Shown here: positions 53,989-63,745 of the stretch, piece by piece | Position numbering within the stretch: the stretch's first letter is position 1 | Layout of the letters: every line of letters starts with the position of its first letter | From: Candidatus Fermentithermobacillaceae bacterium | GTDB lineage: Bacteria > Bacillota > Sulfobacillia > Fermentithermobacillales > Fermentithermobacillaceae | Direction of reading: 5' to 3' | NCBI GenBank assembly: GCA_012840345.1 | Contig: DULO01000093.1 | Location: forward strand, 1,788-65,787 | Length of the DNA: 64,000 bases | Program-made: the position numbers and the translations under genes | Notes under the pieces: generated by a model | The model's input: only the letters and a program-made list of their open reading frames with translations | Told to the model about the DNA's origin: nothing | Databases searched by the model: none

Positions 53989-54762
53989 TTACGATACCGC
54001 CGCTCCCCTTCCCAGATAGGCTTCGAGAACCCTCGGGTTTTGCCTGATCTCGTGAGGCAGTCCCCGCGCTATCACCTGACCGAAGTCCATAACCACGATC
54101 CTCTCGCACAGGTTCATAACCAGTCCCATTTGATGCTCGATTAGAAGCACGGTGAGGCCGAATTCGGTCCTGAGCGACCTTATCAGATCCAAGAGGGATG
54201 ACAGCTCGTTGGGATTCATGCCCGCGGCAGGCTCGTCAAGGAGGAGCACCTTTGGGTTCAGGGCCAAAGCCCGGGCGATCTCAAGCCTGCGCTGGGTTCC
54301 GTAGGGCAAGTTGCCGGCGTTCATGTCAGCCTTGTCGTCCAGCCCGAACCGGGCGAGGAGGCCCATGGCCTGGGAGTACGTGCCGTTCTCAGAGTCCACG
54401 AAACGCTTCCCGTGAAAAGCTCCCTGGGCCAGGCCGTAGTTCAGCCGGCAGTGAAAGGAAGCTCTCACGTTGTCCAGGACGGACATGTTCTTGAACAGCC
54501 TAATGTTTTGGAACGTCCGGGCGATCCCTGCTTGAGCTACCTCGTGCGGGGTCAGCCCAGCGAGTTGCCTCCCGAGGAACACCACTTCGCCTGAATCAGG
54601 CGGTATGATGCCGGTGATGAGGTTGAAGACCGTCGTCTTGCCGGCGCCGTTCGGACCGATTAGACCGACTATCTCGCCCTCGTCGACGTGAAAACTCACG
54701 TCTGATACGGCTTTGAGGCCGCCGAAAGCCTTGGAGAGGTTCTTGACCTCAAGAAGTGGCAT
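53989..54762 (-). CDS. livG: branched-chain amino acid ABC transporter ATP-binding protein LivG
   Basis: MPLLEVKNLSKAFGGLKAVSDVSF...GPNGAGKTT. The start was trimmed from the ORF track; the upstream Cys-rich extension is a repeat-derived artefact. Confidence 0.9.
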   Translation of the reverse strand: MPLLEVKNLSKAFGGLKAVSDVSFHVDEGEIVGLIGPNGAGKTTVFNLITGIIPPDSGEVVFLGRQLAGLTPHEVAQAGIARTFQNIRLFKNMSVLDNVRASFHCRLNYGLAQGAFHGKRFVDSENGTYSQAMGLLARFGLDDKADMNAGNLPYGTQRRLEIARALALNPKVLLLDEPAAGMNPNELSSLLDLIRSLRTEFGLTVLLIEHQMGLVMNLCERIVVMDFGQVIARGLPHEIRQNPRVLEAYLGRGAAVS

Positions 54763-55954
54763 GGCTCTTCCCCCTTTCCGGCTGTGGCAGCAACTCAGGT
54801 TTGGGCAACAATTTGGGCTCTGCCAACAACTCAGACTGCGGCACCAACTCAGGTTGTGGCAACAGTTTGGGCTCTGCCAGCAATTCCGCCTCCGCGAACT
54901 CCTCGATGTTCTCCCGAGGTTCCGCGCTCTTGAGCTGGCCGGTTTTCGCAAGCCGGCGGGACTTCCTGAGCAGCTCGGGCCTCATCACGAGAAGCCCTGC
55001 CTCCTTTCCGGCAAACAGCCCCTGAGGCCTCAACAAAATGGTGACGATGAGGATAAGCGCGTAGATCACGCCCCGCCAGTCTATGAAGGTCTGCCCCAGC
55101 ACCATCCTGAGACCTTCAAGCAAGAAGACCACGAAAACCGAGGTCACCAGGGTGCCGGACATGCTCCCGAGGCCGCCAAGTACCACGACCAAAAGGAAGT
55201 CCAGGGATTTCATGGGGTCGAAGCTGGACGGATGCAAGTAGGGATAACGGTAGGCGTACAGGGCGCCCGCCAGACCCGCCAAGGCGCAGCCGACGGTGAA
55301 CGCCAGCTGCTTAGATTTGGCCGTGTTGATGCCCATGACGTCGGCGGCCAACTCGTCCTCGCGGATGGCTACCCAGGCCCGGCCGTAGGTGGACGTCACC
55401 AAACCGCGGACAAAAATGACTACGCCCACGAAAACCCAGTAGATAAGGTCGAACCTGGCCAACTGCGGGACACCCGTCATACCGGTCGCTCCGCCTAGAG
55501 CCGGAAACACTCTGTCAGAGTTGTTGAGGAACACCTTGACGATGACCCCAAAACCCAAAGTGGCGATTCCCAGGTAATCGGAGCGGAGCCGCAGGATCGG
55601 GAAGCCGACGGCGACGGAGATGAGCGCTGGAACGACGATCCCGAGAACCATGGCCAGCGCGAACCATACCGGATCTCCCTTACCCCACGTTTTTCCTATG
55701 ACTCCCGCCGTGTACGCCCCGAGCCCGTAAAAAGCGGCGTGTCCCAGGGAAAACTGGCCCGCGAATCCATAGATTATGCTGAGGCCGAGAGAACCAATGG
55801 CCACAATCAGCGACTGGTCTATCATGATCCGCCAGTACTCGTTCAGGACTCCAAAGCTCGCGCACGCTTTGATCGCTGCATATACCAAGACGGCCCAAAG
55901 CATGGCAAAGCGTATCTTCCGTTTGTACTCAGGCGTGCCCCAGATCATGCGCAT
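54749..55954 (-). CDS. livM: branched-chain amino acid ABC transporter permease LivM with a ~75-aa repetitive C-terminal extension
   Basis: The permease core runs to ...RPQGLFAGKE. The tail AELLAEPKLLPQPELVPQSELLAEPKLLPKPELLPQPE is then encoded by 15-bp tandem repeats and overlaps the livG start. Confidence 0.85.
   Translation of the reverse strand: MRMIWGTPEYKRKIRFAMLWAVLVYAAIKACASFGVLNEYWRIMIDQSLIVAIGSLGLSIIYGFAGQFSLGHAAFYGLGAYTAGVIGKTWGKGDPVWFALAMVLGIVVPALISVAVGFPILRLRSDYLGIATLGFGVIVKVFLNNSDRVFPALGGATGMTGVPQLARFDLIYWVFVGVVIFVRGLVTSTYGRAWVAIREDELAADVMGINTAKSKQLAFTVGCALAGLAGALYAYRYPYLHPSSFDPMKSLDFLLVVVLGGLGSMSGTLVTSVFVVFLLEGLRMVLGQTFIDWRGVIYALILIVTILLRPQGLFAGKEAGLLVMRPELLRKSRRLAKTGQLKSAEPRENIEEFAEAELLAEPKLLPQPELVPQSELLAEPKLLPKPELLPQPERGKSHATS
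54780..54890 (-). repeat. about 7 copies of a 15-bp tandem repeat inside the livM 3' end, in frame
   Basis: On the plus strand: GGCAGCAACTCAGGTTTGGGCAACAATTTGGGCTCTGCCAACAACTCAGACTGCGGCACCAACTCAGGTTGTGGCAACAGTTTGGGCTCTGCCAGCAATTC. Confidence 0.8.
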
Positions 55955-55974
55955 GCACCTCGTTCCCGGTCAAA

Positions 55975-56859
55975 TCAAACCTTCTCAACGGCGCGCTTGC
56001 CCAAAATTCCGGTGGGACGCACCAGCAACACCAGGATCAGGACGCCGAAAGCCACGGCATCCCGCAACTGGGATGACACAAACGCCACGGTCAGCGTCTC
56101 GACTTGCCCCATAATGAGCGACCCCAAGACGGCTCCGGGGATGATCCCTATGCCGCCCAAAACCGCGGCCACAAACGCCTTCAGCCCGGGCATAGTGCCC
56201 ATAAACGGGTTTATCTGCGGGTACGCGAGCATGTAAAGCATCCCGCCTGCCGCAGCCAAGGCGGAACCCAAGCCAAACGTCATGGAGATGACGTAGTCAA
56301 CGTTGATGCCCATAAGCCGGGCGGCTTGCGAATCGTAAGACACGGTCCTCATCGCCATCCCGAACTTGGTACGGTACACCAGGTACTGAAGCCCGATCAG
56401 CAAAAGGGCCACGACAACGAAGATAAGGACTTGGATGTTGGTGATAGTGATGCCGCCCAAGTTCCACTGGACCATCTTCAGGGGCGGGTAGACCACCCGG
56501 TAGTTCGGACCGAAAACAAACTTTAAGCTGGAGAAATACTGAATGAACAAGGATACGCCCAGCGCGCTTATGAGCGCTGAGATTCTCGGCGCGTTCCTGA
56601 GAGGGCGGTACGCTAACCGTTCGATGGTGATGCCCAACGCCGCCGTGACGGCCAAGGATACGAGTCCGGCGACGGGCAAAGACAGCCCCCACGAAGAAAA
56701 CCCGAGGACCCCCACAAAAGCCCCAACCATGAAAACATCGCCGTGGGCGAAGTTAATGAGGCGAATTATCCCGTACACCATGGTGTACCCGAGGGCGATG
56801 AGCGAGTACACCATGCCGAGTTGAAGTCCGTTTACGATTTGAACCAGAAGGTACTTCAA
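55975..56859 (-). CDS. livH: branched-chain amino acid ABC transporter permease LivH
   Basis: 294-aa polytopic membrane protein of the LivH family (MKYLLVQIVNGLQLGMVYSLIALGYTMVYG). Confidence 0.9.
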   Translation of the reverse strand: MKYLLVQIVNGLQLGMVYSLIALGYTMVYGIIRLINFAHGDVFMVGAFVGVLGFSSWGLSLPVAGLVSLAVTAALGITIERLAYRPLRNAPRISALISALGVSLFIQYFSSLKFVFGPNYRVVYPPLKMVQWNLGGITITNIQVLIFVVVALLLIGLQYLVYRTKFGMAMRTVSYDSQAARLMGINVDYVISMTFGLGSALAAAGGMLYMLAYPQINPFMGTMPGLKAFVAAVLGGIGIIPGAVLGSLIMGQVETLTVAFVSSQLRDAVAFGVLILVLLVRPTGILGKRAVEKV

Positions 56860-56977
56860 CGTATCTACCCCCTAATAGAGGCCGGAAGGAACCCGGCGGC
56901 TCCACGAGCCTGCCTCCCCCCGGTGCGGTCGGCTCAACAAGAGCCCCGCCGGGTTCCACCCTTCGCCGGTCAAGAGC

Positions 56978-58162
56978 TTACGGGTTTACAGTGGTAACGT
57001 ACTTCTGACCTCCGTCTTTGACCTGAAGAATGACAGCGGGCTTTATCGGGTCGCCGTTCTCGTCGAAACTGAGCTTGCCGGTTACAGCCGGGAAGTCTTT
57101 CGTAGCCTGGAGGGCTTCTTTGATCTTGACGGGGTCATTGCTTTGAGCCTGTTCTATAGCGTTGAGCAGCAGATTGGTGGCGTCGTAAACGAGGGTTGCC
57201 AAGGCGTCCGGCTTCGAGCCGTACTTCTCTTCGTACTGCCGCACCCAATCCTGCACTTCTGGACGCTGGTCATCGGGAGAATAGTGGTTGGTGAAGTAGC
57301 CGCCGTCCATGGTGACGTAGTCCAGTTCGGCGGAATCCCAACCGTCAGCCCCCAAGAACACGGCGTTAATGCCCTTGGCCCTTGCCTGTTGCCCGATTAG
57401 AGAAACCTTTTGGTAGTAGTCGGGGAGGTACAAGAGTTCCGGATTCTTCGCCGCGATTCCGGTCAAGAGGGCTGAAAAATCAGTGTCTTCCTTGGCGTAC
57501 GCTTCGTAGGCCACCACGGTGCCGCCGCCGGCCTCGAAGTTAGTCTTGAACACTTCGGCCAAGCCCTTGGTGTAGTCGTTGCCCTGGTCGTAGAGGACAG
57601 CAGCCGTCTTCACTTTCAGGTGTTCCAGGGCGAACTTGGCACCCACAAGTCCCTGGAAGGGGTCAATAAAGCATGCTCTGAACGCGAATTCCTTGCGGGC
57701 TCCGTTGTCAACCGTAACCTTGGTCGCGGTGCCTGTGCCCGTAATCAACACGACCTTGTTCTGGTTGGCAACTTCAGAAGCGGCAATGGTGGGCGGGGAT
57801 GTGACGGAACCGACAATCGCCTGAACCTTGTCCTGGAAGATAAGCTTGGTCGCCGCGTTGACGGCTTCGGTGGCGTCATTCCTGTCGTCGGTTATTACCG
57901 TCTCGATCTTGTATCCCGCGACTGTGCCGCCATGCTGCTCAATAGACAACTCGAAGCCGTTCTTAGTGGATTCTCCGAAAGTTTTCACGTCGCCCGTGAG
58001 TGGTCCGATGAAGCCGATCTTGATGACCTTTTCTTCCTTCCCGCCCTCTGTCTCCCCGGGCGCTTTCTGAGTGCACGCGGAGACAAGAGCCGAGAGAACC
58101 ATGACCAAAACCAAGGCCACCGCCATGAGCGTGTTCTTCTTCTTCACGATATCCCTCCTCAA
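56978..58162 (-). CDS. livJ: branched-chain amino acid ABC transporter substrate-binding lipoprotein (LivJ/LivK-like)
   Basis: 394 aa with a signal peptide and lipobox (LSALVSAC). It has a periplasmic binding protein type I fold (IGFIGPLTGD). Confidence 0.85.
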   Translation of the reverse strand: MRRDIVKKKNTLMAVALVLVMVLSALVSACTQKAPGETEGGKEEKVIKIGFIGPLTGDVKTFGESTKNGFELSIEQHGGTVAGYKIETVITDDRNDATEAVNAATKLIFQDKVQAIVGSVTSPPTIAASEVANQNKVVLITGTGTATKVTVDNGARKEFAFRACFIDPFQGLVGAKFALEHLKVKTAAVLYDQGNDYTKGLAEVFKTNFEAGGGTVVAYEAYAKEDTDFSALLTGIAAKNPELLYLPDYYQKVSLIGQQARAKGINAVFLGADGWDSAELDYVTMDGGYFTNHYSPDDQRPEVQDWVRQYEEKYGSKPDALATLVYDATNLLLNAIEQAQSNDPVKIKEALQATKDFPAVTGKLSFDENGDPIKPAVILQVKDGGQKYVTTVNP

Positions 58163-58320
58163 GATGAGTCAATTAACGCCGTATGGCCTGCGTACGGACT
58201 GTGTACGGGCTGCCAGATAGGCTGCGCCCCTGCCTACTCCGCCCCTTGTCAGATGAAAGAGAGTATAGCTATGCTAGGACCCCTCCTTTTCTTAAGTGGC
58301 TTTAAGGTTTTGAAAGGAAA

Positions 58321-58380
58321 AACCCCGGAGGCAAGCCATCACAACGTGTGATGAGGAACTTGCCGCAGGGGTTTTTTTGA
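58321..58380. terminator. bidirectional intrinsic terminator with a nested hairpin between the amidase gene and the liv operon
   Basis: AACCCCGGAGGCAAG...CTTGCCGCAGGGGTT forms the outer stem, 6+6 bp with an internal mismatch. It encloses the perfect palindrome CATCACAACGTGTGATG. It is flanked by GGAAAAA on the 5' side and TTTTTTT on the 3' side. Confidence 0.5.
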
Positions 58381-58690
58381 CCCACGGTGTACTCTGTTGA
58401 ATAGAGCTTGCGTCGCTTGGACCTGACCGAAGAGGGGGCTCTTCGCGGAACCCTAGACGCACTTCCTCGAAGGCACTGCTTATGTGCCGATATGTTCCCG
58501 GTTCACACCAGGTTTTTTGGGATTCTAGCAGAGTTATCCGGCGAATGCAACAATCTTTTTTACCAACATGTTTACGAAACCCGCGATACCGTCACCCTAT
58601 AGGGGATATGTAAACATATGCGTAAAGGCCCTCGGAGTTGCCTCAAAAAGCTCCCAGGATTTCTTAAACTCCACTATTTGAAGCCCCGCG

Positions 58691-60001
58691 TCAGTATGTA
58701 ATTTTCACCAGCCAGAACACGGTGTCTTTATCCCACCCGAGATCCCACGGGAAAAAGAGACGGTCTGAGGTATGGCTTCCGATGGTTACGTAGCCCTTGG
58801 GATCCTTGCCGACCACCACCGCGACGTGATGGAGTTCGCCGCCGTCCTCATAACCGATTATGTCGCCGGGCTCCAGAGCAGCCACAGGGCCAAGAGGAAA
58901 CTCCTCCGTGGGCGTCACGGCTCCGGCGAACTTGCCCTTATACAGCAGTTTCCCTGCCCCGCTTGACAGCAGGAACCACATAAGGCTCTCGCTCCTTACC
59001 CAAGCGGTGCTGCCTTCACTGGTGTAGTGCCAGCCGTACCCTTGTTCCAGGCCTCCGGCGTTTAGCACCTGCGAGACGAAGTTGGCGCAATCGCCGCCGG
59101 CGAAACTGTAAACCCGGTAGGCCCGGTTGTACCGTTCCACACCGGGGAACACCCTGACGCCCGAATACTTGATGGCGTATTTGAGGGCTGCGTCCCGGTC
59201 AAACTCCGCGGGAGTACGCCCCTCCGCAGGAGAACCGCCCTCCGCATGACCGCCTGACGACTCTCCTTCTGCCGGTATCCGGCCTTCCGCGGGCGTTATG
59301 TTAAGCGGCCCCGCGATCCCCTCGGCGGGGCTGTAACTCCCCTGCCCCAACGGGTCGACGTACCAGTGGAGCCGCATGAGCCACTGCCCGTTCTCTTTCA
59401 CCATCTGCACCACGTGCAAAGAACGCGACCCGAACCGGTGGGACTTGTCTTCCCCGTCGTAGGTGTATTCATAGCGAGCCAGCTCAGTAAGTTCGATCCA
59501 CACCGTTGTGGCGTCGTCAACAATGGTGGAATCGATCTCGAAGGTGGCCTCCGCGGCGGTGATAGTAACGCCCCGTTCTTCAGCCCATTTCCTGAAGTAC
59601 TGGTTGCGAAGGACTTCCCTTTCCCATGCCCAATACCCGGAATCGCTGGACAACTTGTGGTTATCCTTAAGCCCTCGGGTATCGCCGGTGACAAGGGCCT
59701 CCATACGCTCATTGAGCATTTCCAGGCACGCGGCCTCGGCTTCCCTGGCAACGCTCTTAGGGTCATAGCGTTCGCCTGCCCCGGCTCCGAACTCCCAGCC
59801 GGACTCCGGTCCGGGATCCGGTACTGGCTCCGGTTTGGGCTCAGCTTCGGGCTCCGCGATGAAAACCGACAAGTCCCCCGATACCGAACCGAGAAGCGCT
59901 CCCCCTATGAAGCCCAACACGAGAAGAGCGGATAGACCCGGCCTCAAGCCCCATACCAGGCGCAGGCGAAGGCGCCTCACGAATCCACCTGACAAGGGCA
60001 C
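58691..60001 (-). CDS. membrane-anchored putative amidase-domain protein (Amidase_6-like)
   Basis: 436 aa with an N-terminal TM anchor, a Pro/Glu-rich linker with PAEG repeats, and a C-terminal GGDCANFVSQVLNAGG motif typical of the putative amidase domain family. Confidence 0.6.
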   Translation of the reverse strand: MPLSGGFVRRLRLRLVWGLRPGLSALLVLGFIGGALLGSVSGDLSVFIAEPEAEPKPEPVPDPGPESGWEFGAGAGERYDPKSVAREAEAACLEMLNERMEALVTGDTRGLKDNHKLSSDSGYWAWEREVLRNQYFRKWAEERGVTITAAEATFEIDSTIVDDATTVWIELTELARYEYTYDGEDKSHRFGSRSLHVVQMVKENGQWLMRLHWYVDPLGQGSYSPAEGIAGPLNITPAEGRIPAEGESSGGHAEGGSPAEGRTPAEFDRDAALKYAIKYSGVRVFPGVERYNRAYRVYSFAGGDCANFVSQVLNAGGLEQGYGWHYTSEGSTAWVRSESLMWFLLSSGAGKLLYKGKFAGAVTPTEEFPLGPVAALEPGDIIGYEDGGELHHVAVVVGKDPKGYVTIGSHTSDRLFFPWDLGWDKDTVFWLVKITY

Positions 60002-60327
60002 ACCCCCTGTGACCGTGTCAAGACAGGTTACTTTGGCAAAGTCCCTGTTATGACTCGGGACGCGGCGCGGCTCGCCATGGACAGCGATACTGACAGCGCT
60101 ACGAGCAGCAGTTCGGGCGGCAATTCGGACAGCGGTACCATCGGCGACGCGCCAGGCAGCGCGGGCGGCAATACGGACGGCAGATCAAAGCATAGTCATT
60201 GAGGCTAGGGCAGAAGGTGAACTGTTCTTGCCCGTAGTATTGGGTGCAACGGTGCCATACACCCGGAAAGGAGGCCAAGCAATTGGTTAACGGACTCCAC
60301 ACGGATGAAACGGTCGGACCGCTTTTT

Positions 60328-61275
60328 ATGACACCTGACGTCGATAGGAACCGTGAGTTTTTCAGGCGAAAACCCCGCGCTCTGACGGACAAACGTACCA
60401 CAGTTCAAGATGCCGTTTCGCGGCTTGTTTCAGACGGCGACTATATCGGCATCGGCGGATTCGGCACAAACCGCATCCCCACGGCTATCTTGCATGAGAT
60501 CATACGGCAGGGCAAAAAAGGGTTGGGGCTCTCAGGGCATACCGCGACCCATGATTTTCAGATCCTCGCCGCGGGCGGGGCGATAGACAGGGTGGACGTC
60601 GCCTACGTCATCGGCCTGGAAGCCCGGGGGCTCTCAAGAGCCGCTCGAAGGCTGTTCGAAGAAGCCCGCATCCAAGTTTGCGAGTGGACCAACGCCGCCC
60701 TGGCCTGGCGGTACCGGGCAGCGGCTATGGGCATACCTTTCATCCCCGCCAGGATCATGTTCGGTTCCGATACCATGAGGTACAGCGCCGCCAAGACGGT
60801 CACATGCCCCTTCACCGGGCAGAAGTTGTTGGCCCTCCCCGCTTTGTCGCCGGACCTGGCGGTTATCCACGTCCACCGCTGCGACAAGTACGGCAACGCC
60901 CAGATCGACGGGATATCGGTCTCAGACGCGGACCTTGCCAGGGCAAGCAAGAAAGTCATCATCACGACCGAAGAAATCGTCCCCGAAGAAGTAATCCGGC
61001 AAGACCCGGCCCGCACCATCATCCCCGCTTTCTGCGTGGACGCGGTAGTCGAAGTGAAATACGGGAGCTATCCGGGGAATATGCCGTACGCGTATTTCTC
61101 CGATGAGGAGCACCTAAGAGAATGGCTATCGGCGGACTCGAAGCCGGAGACTCTGGAACCCTTCCTCCGGAAGTACATCTTCGGTACCAAGGACTTCTCC
61201 GAGTACCTGGAACTGTGCGGAGGAGAGGCCAAGATGGAAAGGCTTCGGCGCATCGAATTCCTGGAGGAGGTATAA
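60328..61275 (+). CDS. CoA-transferase subunit A (glutaconate/3-oxoacid CoA-transferase family I)
   Basis: DYIGIGGFGTNRIP is the subunit A glycine-rich motif. The start was taken at the internal ATG at 60328; the ORF track begins at 60244. Confidence 0.8.
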   Translation: MTPDVDRNREFFRRKPRALTDKRTTVQDAVSRLVSDGDYIGIGGFGTNRIPTAILHEIIRQGKKGLGLSGHTATHDFQILAAGGAIDRVDVAYVIGLEARGLSRAARRLFEEARIQVCEWTNAALAWRYRAAAMGIPFIPARIMFGSDTMRYSAAKTVTCPFTGQKLLALPALSPDLAVIHVHRCDKYGNAQIDGISVSDADLARASKKVIITTEEIVPEEVIRQDPARTIIPAFCVDAVVEVKYGSYPGNMPYAYFSDEEHLREWLSADSKPETLEPFLRKYIFGTKDFSEYLELCGGEAKMERLRRIEFLEEV

Positions 61276-61278
61276 GCC

Positions 61279-62064
61279 GTGGTTGCCGTTATAGACTACA
61301 ACCCCATGGAATTGATGATATGCCTGGCGGCCCGTTACCTGGAAGACGGCTCCAGCGTGGTCGTCGGGACGGGCGCGCCTTGCGCGGCGGCAATGCTGTC
61401 ACAGAAAACCCACGCTCCCAACCTGGTCATCATGTTTGAAGCGGGCGGGATAGGCCCCCTCCTCCCTACTATGCCGATTTCTGTGGGGGATTCCCGGACG
61501 TTCCACAAGGGGATCATGGCCTCGTCCATGCTGGAGATCATGGACGCCTGCCAGCGCGGCATGGTGGACTACTGCTTTTTGGGAGGCGCCCAGATAGACA
61601 AATACGGCAACATCAACTCCACACTAATCGGGGACTTCCACAAGCCCAAGGTCCGCTTCCCGGGCTCAGGCGGCGCCAATGACCTGGCATCCCTCTGCTG
61701 GAGGACATTGGTCATCACTCCCCACGACCCGCGCCGCTTCGTGGAGAAGGTGGACTTCATAACCAGTCCCGGTTACCTGTGGGGGAAGGGCGCTCGTGAA
61801 GCGGTAGGACTCGCTCCGGGCACCGGCCCTTACAAGATAATCACAAACCTCTGCGTGATGGGATTTGACGAGGAGACCAAGAGGCTCCGGGTTGAGACCA
61901 TCCATCCGGGAGTGTCCAAAGAGCAAATAGTAGCCGCGACGGGCTTCGAACTCTTATGGGCACCGGACTTGACCGTGTCCGAAGCCCCCACCGAGCTGGA
62001 ACTCGAAATCCTTAGAAAAGAGGTAGACCCCCACAAGTACATCATAGGACGACAAGCGAGCTAG
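61279..62064 (+). CDS. CoA-transferase subunit B
   Basis: 261 aa. It follows subunit A after 3 nt. The family I subunit B pattern is present (VVGTGAPCAAAM...FEAGG with the catalytic Glu). Confidence 0.85.
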   Translation: MVAVIDYNPMELMICLAARYLEDGSSVVVGTGAPCAAAMLSQKTHAPNLVIMFEAGGIGPLLPTMPISVGDSRTFHKGIMASSMLEIMDACQRGMVDYCFLGGAQIDKYGNINSTLIGDFHKPKVRFPGSGGANDLASLCWRTLVITPHDPRRFVEKVDFITSPGYLWGKGAREAVGLAPGTGPYKIITNLCVMGFDEETKRLRVETIHPGVSKEQIVAATGFELLWAPDLTVSEAPTELELEILRKEVDPHKYIIGRQAS

Positions 62065-62124
62065 GAAACCGTCCCCCGGACACACGTCGGAACTCGGTAA
62101 GACGCGAACAAGGAGGAAGGGTAC

Positions 62125-63303
62125 GTGAGAAAAGCAGTCATCGTCAGCGCGGCGAGAACCGCCATCGGCACCTTCGGAGGAACCCTGGCCCAAACGAGCG
62201 CCATCAACCTGGGAAGCGTGGTGATCAAGGAAGCCCTCAGAAGGGCAGGCGTGGAACCTGCCCAGGTGGACGAAGTCATCATGGGCAACGTCCTCCAGGC
62301 GGGGCAAGGGATGAACGTTGCCCGGCAAGCGGCCATCAAAGCGGGCGTTCCCGTTGAAGTGCCCTGCATGACCGTTAACAAGGTCTGCGGCTCCGGATTG
62401 AAGGCTGTGACACTGGCGGCCCAGGCGATTGTCGCGGGCGACGCCGATATCGTGGTCGCGGGCGGCACCGAAAACATGAACATGGCTCCCTATCTCCTGG
62501 AGAAGGGCAGGTACGGGTACCGGATGGGCCACGGCCTCCTGGTCGATGAGATGATCAGAGACGGCCTATGGTGCTCGCTGACCGACGTTCACATGGGTAT
62601 CACGGCGGAGACAGTTGCCGAACGCTGGGGAATCACCCGCGCCATGCAGGACGAGTACGCCGCCATGAGCCAGCAGCGGGCGGAGAAAGCCATCAAAGAA
62701 GGGCTCTTCAAGGACGAAATCGTCCCGGTGGAAATCCCGCAGCGCAAAGGACCTCCGTTGTCGTTTGCCGTAGACGAGCACCCCCGAGCAGGAACCACGG
62801 TTGAGAAACTAGCGGCTCTTAGGCCAGCGTTTAAACAGTCCGGAACGGTCACCGCCGGAAACGCCTCCGGGATCAACGACGGGGCCGCGGCGCTTTGCGT
62901 GATGTCTTCGGAAAAAGCCGATGAACTGGGACTCAAACCGCTCGCGACCGTGCTCTCCTGGGCTTCCGCCGGCGTCCAACCGGAAGTCATGGGGACGGGT
63001 CCTGTCGAGGCGACAAAGAAAGCCCTTTCCAAAGCTAACCTGAGCCTCGACCAAATCGACCTGATCGAAGCCAACGAGGCGTTCGCGGCGACCAGCATCG
63101 CGGTGGCCAAGGAACTCAACTTGGACCTCAGCAAAGTAAACGTGAACGGCGGTGCCATCGCCCTGGGACATCCCATCGGGGCCAGCGGCGCCCGCATCCT
63201 CACCACCCTCCTCTATGAGATGGGAAGGCGCGGCTCCAAATACGGGCTTGCCACCCTTTGCATCGGAGGCGGCATGGGAATAAGTATGGTTGTGGAAAGG
63301 TAG
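62125..63303 (+). CDS. acetyl-CoA C-acetyltransferase (thiolase)
   Basis: 392 aa. It has the thiolase active-site Cys ([11 protein letters not shown]) and the C-terminal [20 protein letters not shown] and CIGGGMG motifs. Confidence 0.9.
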   Translation: MRKAVIVSAARTAIGTFGGTLAQTSAINLGSVVIKEALRRAGVEPAQVDEVIMGNVLQAGQGMNVARQAAIKAGVPVEVPCMTVNKVCGSGLKAVTLAAQAIVAGDADIVVAGGTENMNMAPYLLEKGRYGYRMGHGLLVDEMIRDGLWCSLTDVHMGITAETVAERWGITRAMQDEYAAMSQQRAEKAIKEGLFKDEIVPVEIPQRKGPPLSFAVDEHPRAGTTVEKLAALRPAFKQSGTVTAGNASGINDGAAALCVMSSEKADELGLKPLATVLSWASAGVQPEVMGTGPVEATKKALSKANLSLDQIDLIEANEAFAATSIAVAKELNLDLSKVNVNGGAIALGHPIGASGARILTTLLYEMGRRGSKYGLATLCIGGGMGISMVVER

Positions 63304-63369
63304 AGCGACCTCGCGGCTCGAAGCCCGAGGCCGCACATTGCGCTTTCTTTATGCATTCTGGTATAATTC

Positions 63370-63725
63370 CTGAAACCAGATTTGGCACGACCTCAATAGG
63401 ACGAACCAAACCGGGTACAAACCAGATTGCGTTCAAGCCACATAAGGCACAGTCCATGACAGGGAGGAGTAGGTGGAAATTCTCCCCCAGAGAGCGGGGC
63501 CTAGTGGTGGAAGCCCCTCGGGAAGAGTCCACTGAAGGTCGCCCTTGAGATTCCGGGCGGAAACGCCCGGGCGTGGAAGCCGCGTTAAGGCGCTTGAGAG
63601 CCGGTTTTGAGCCAGATACCTGGCAGGAGCCGGAAACAAGGTGGTACCACGAACAAAAGCCCCTTCGTCCTTGTGGCGAAGGGGCTTCATCATGTGGAGC
63701 CATCACTAAGTGGATTCATCACTGT
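63370..63725 (+). promoter_or_regulatory. T-box riboswitch leader of valS
   Basis: The conserved T-box AAGGTGGTACCACG (63638-63651) is followed by the terminator hairpin AAAAGCCCCTTCG...CGAAGGGGCTT. A TATAAT -10 element lies at ~63360. It is immediately upstream of valS. Confidence 0.65.
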
Positions 63726-63745
63726 TGAGGAGAAGGTGGTCCAAT

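Noticed and set aside
60020-60060. Sigma-54 (-24/-12) promoter upstream of the CoA-transferase operon (TGGCAAAGTCCCTGTT)
   Set aside because: The GG and GC elements are not at the required 10-nt spacing.
60099-60401. 100-aa minus-strand Cys/Arg-rich ORF between the amidase and gctA
   Set aside because: It lies in the divergent promoter region and overlaps the gctA 5' end. It has no ribosome-binding site and is low-complexity. It is a likely artefact.
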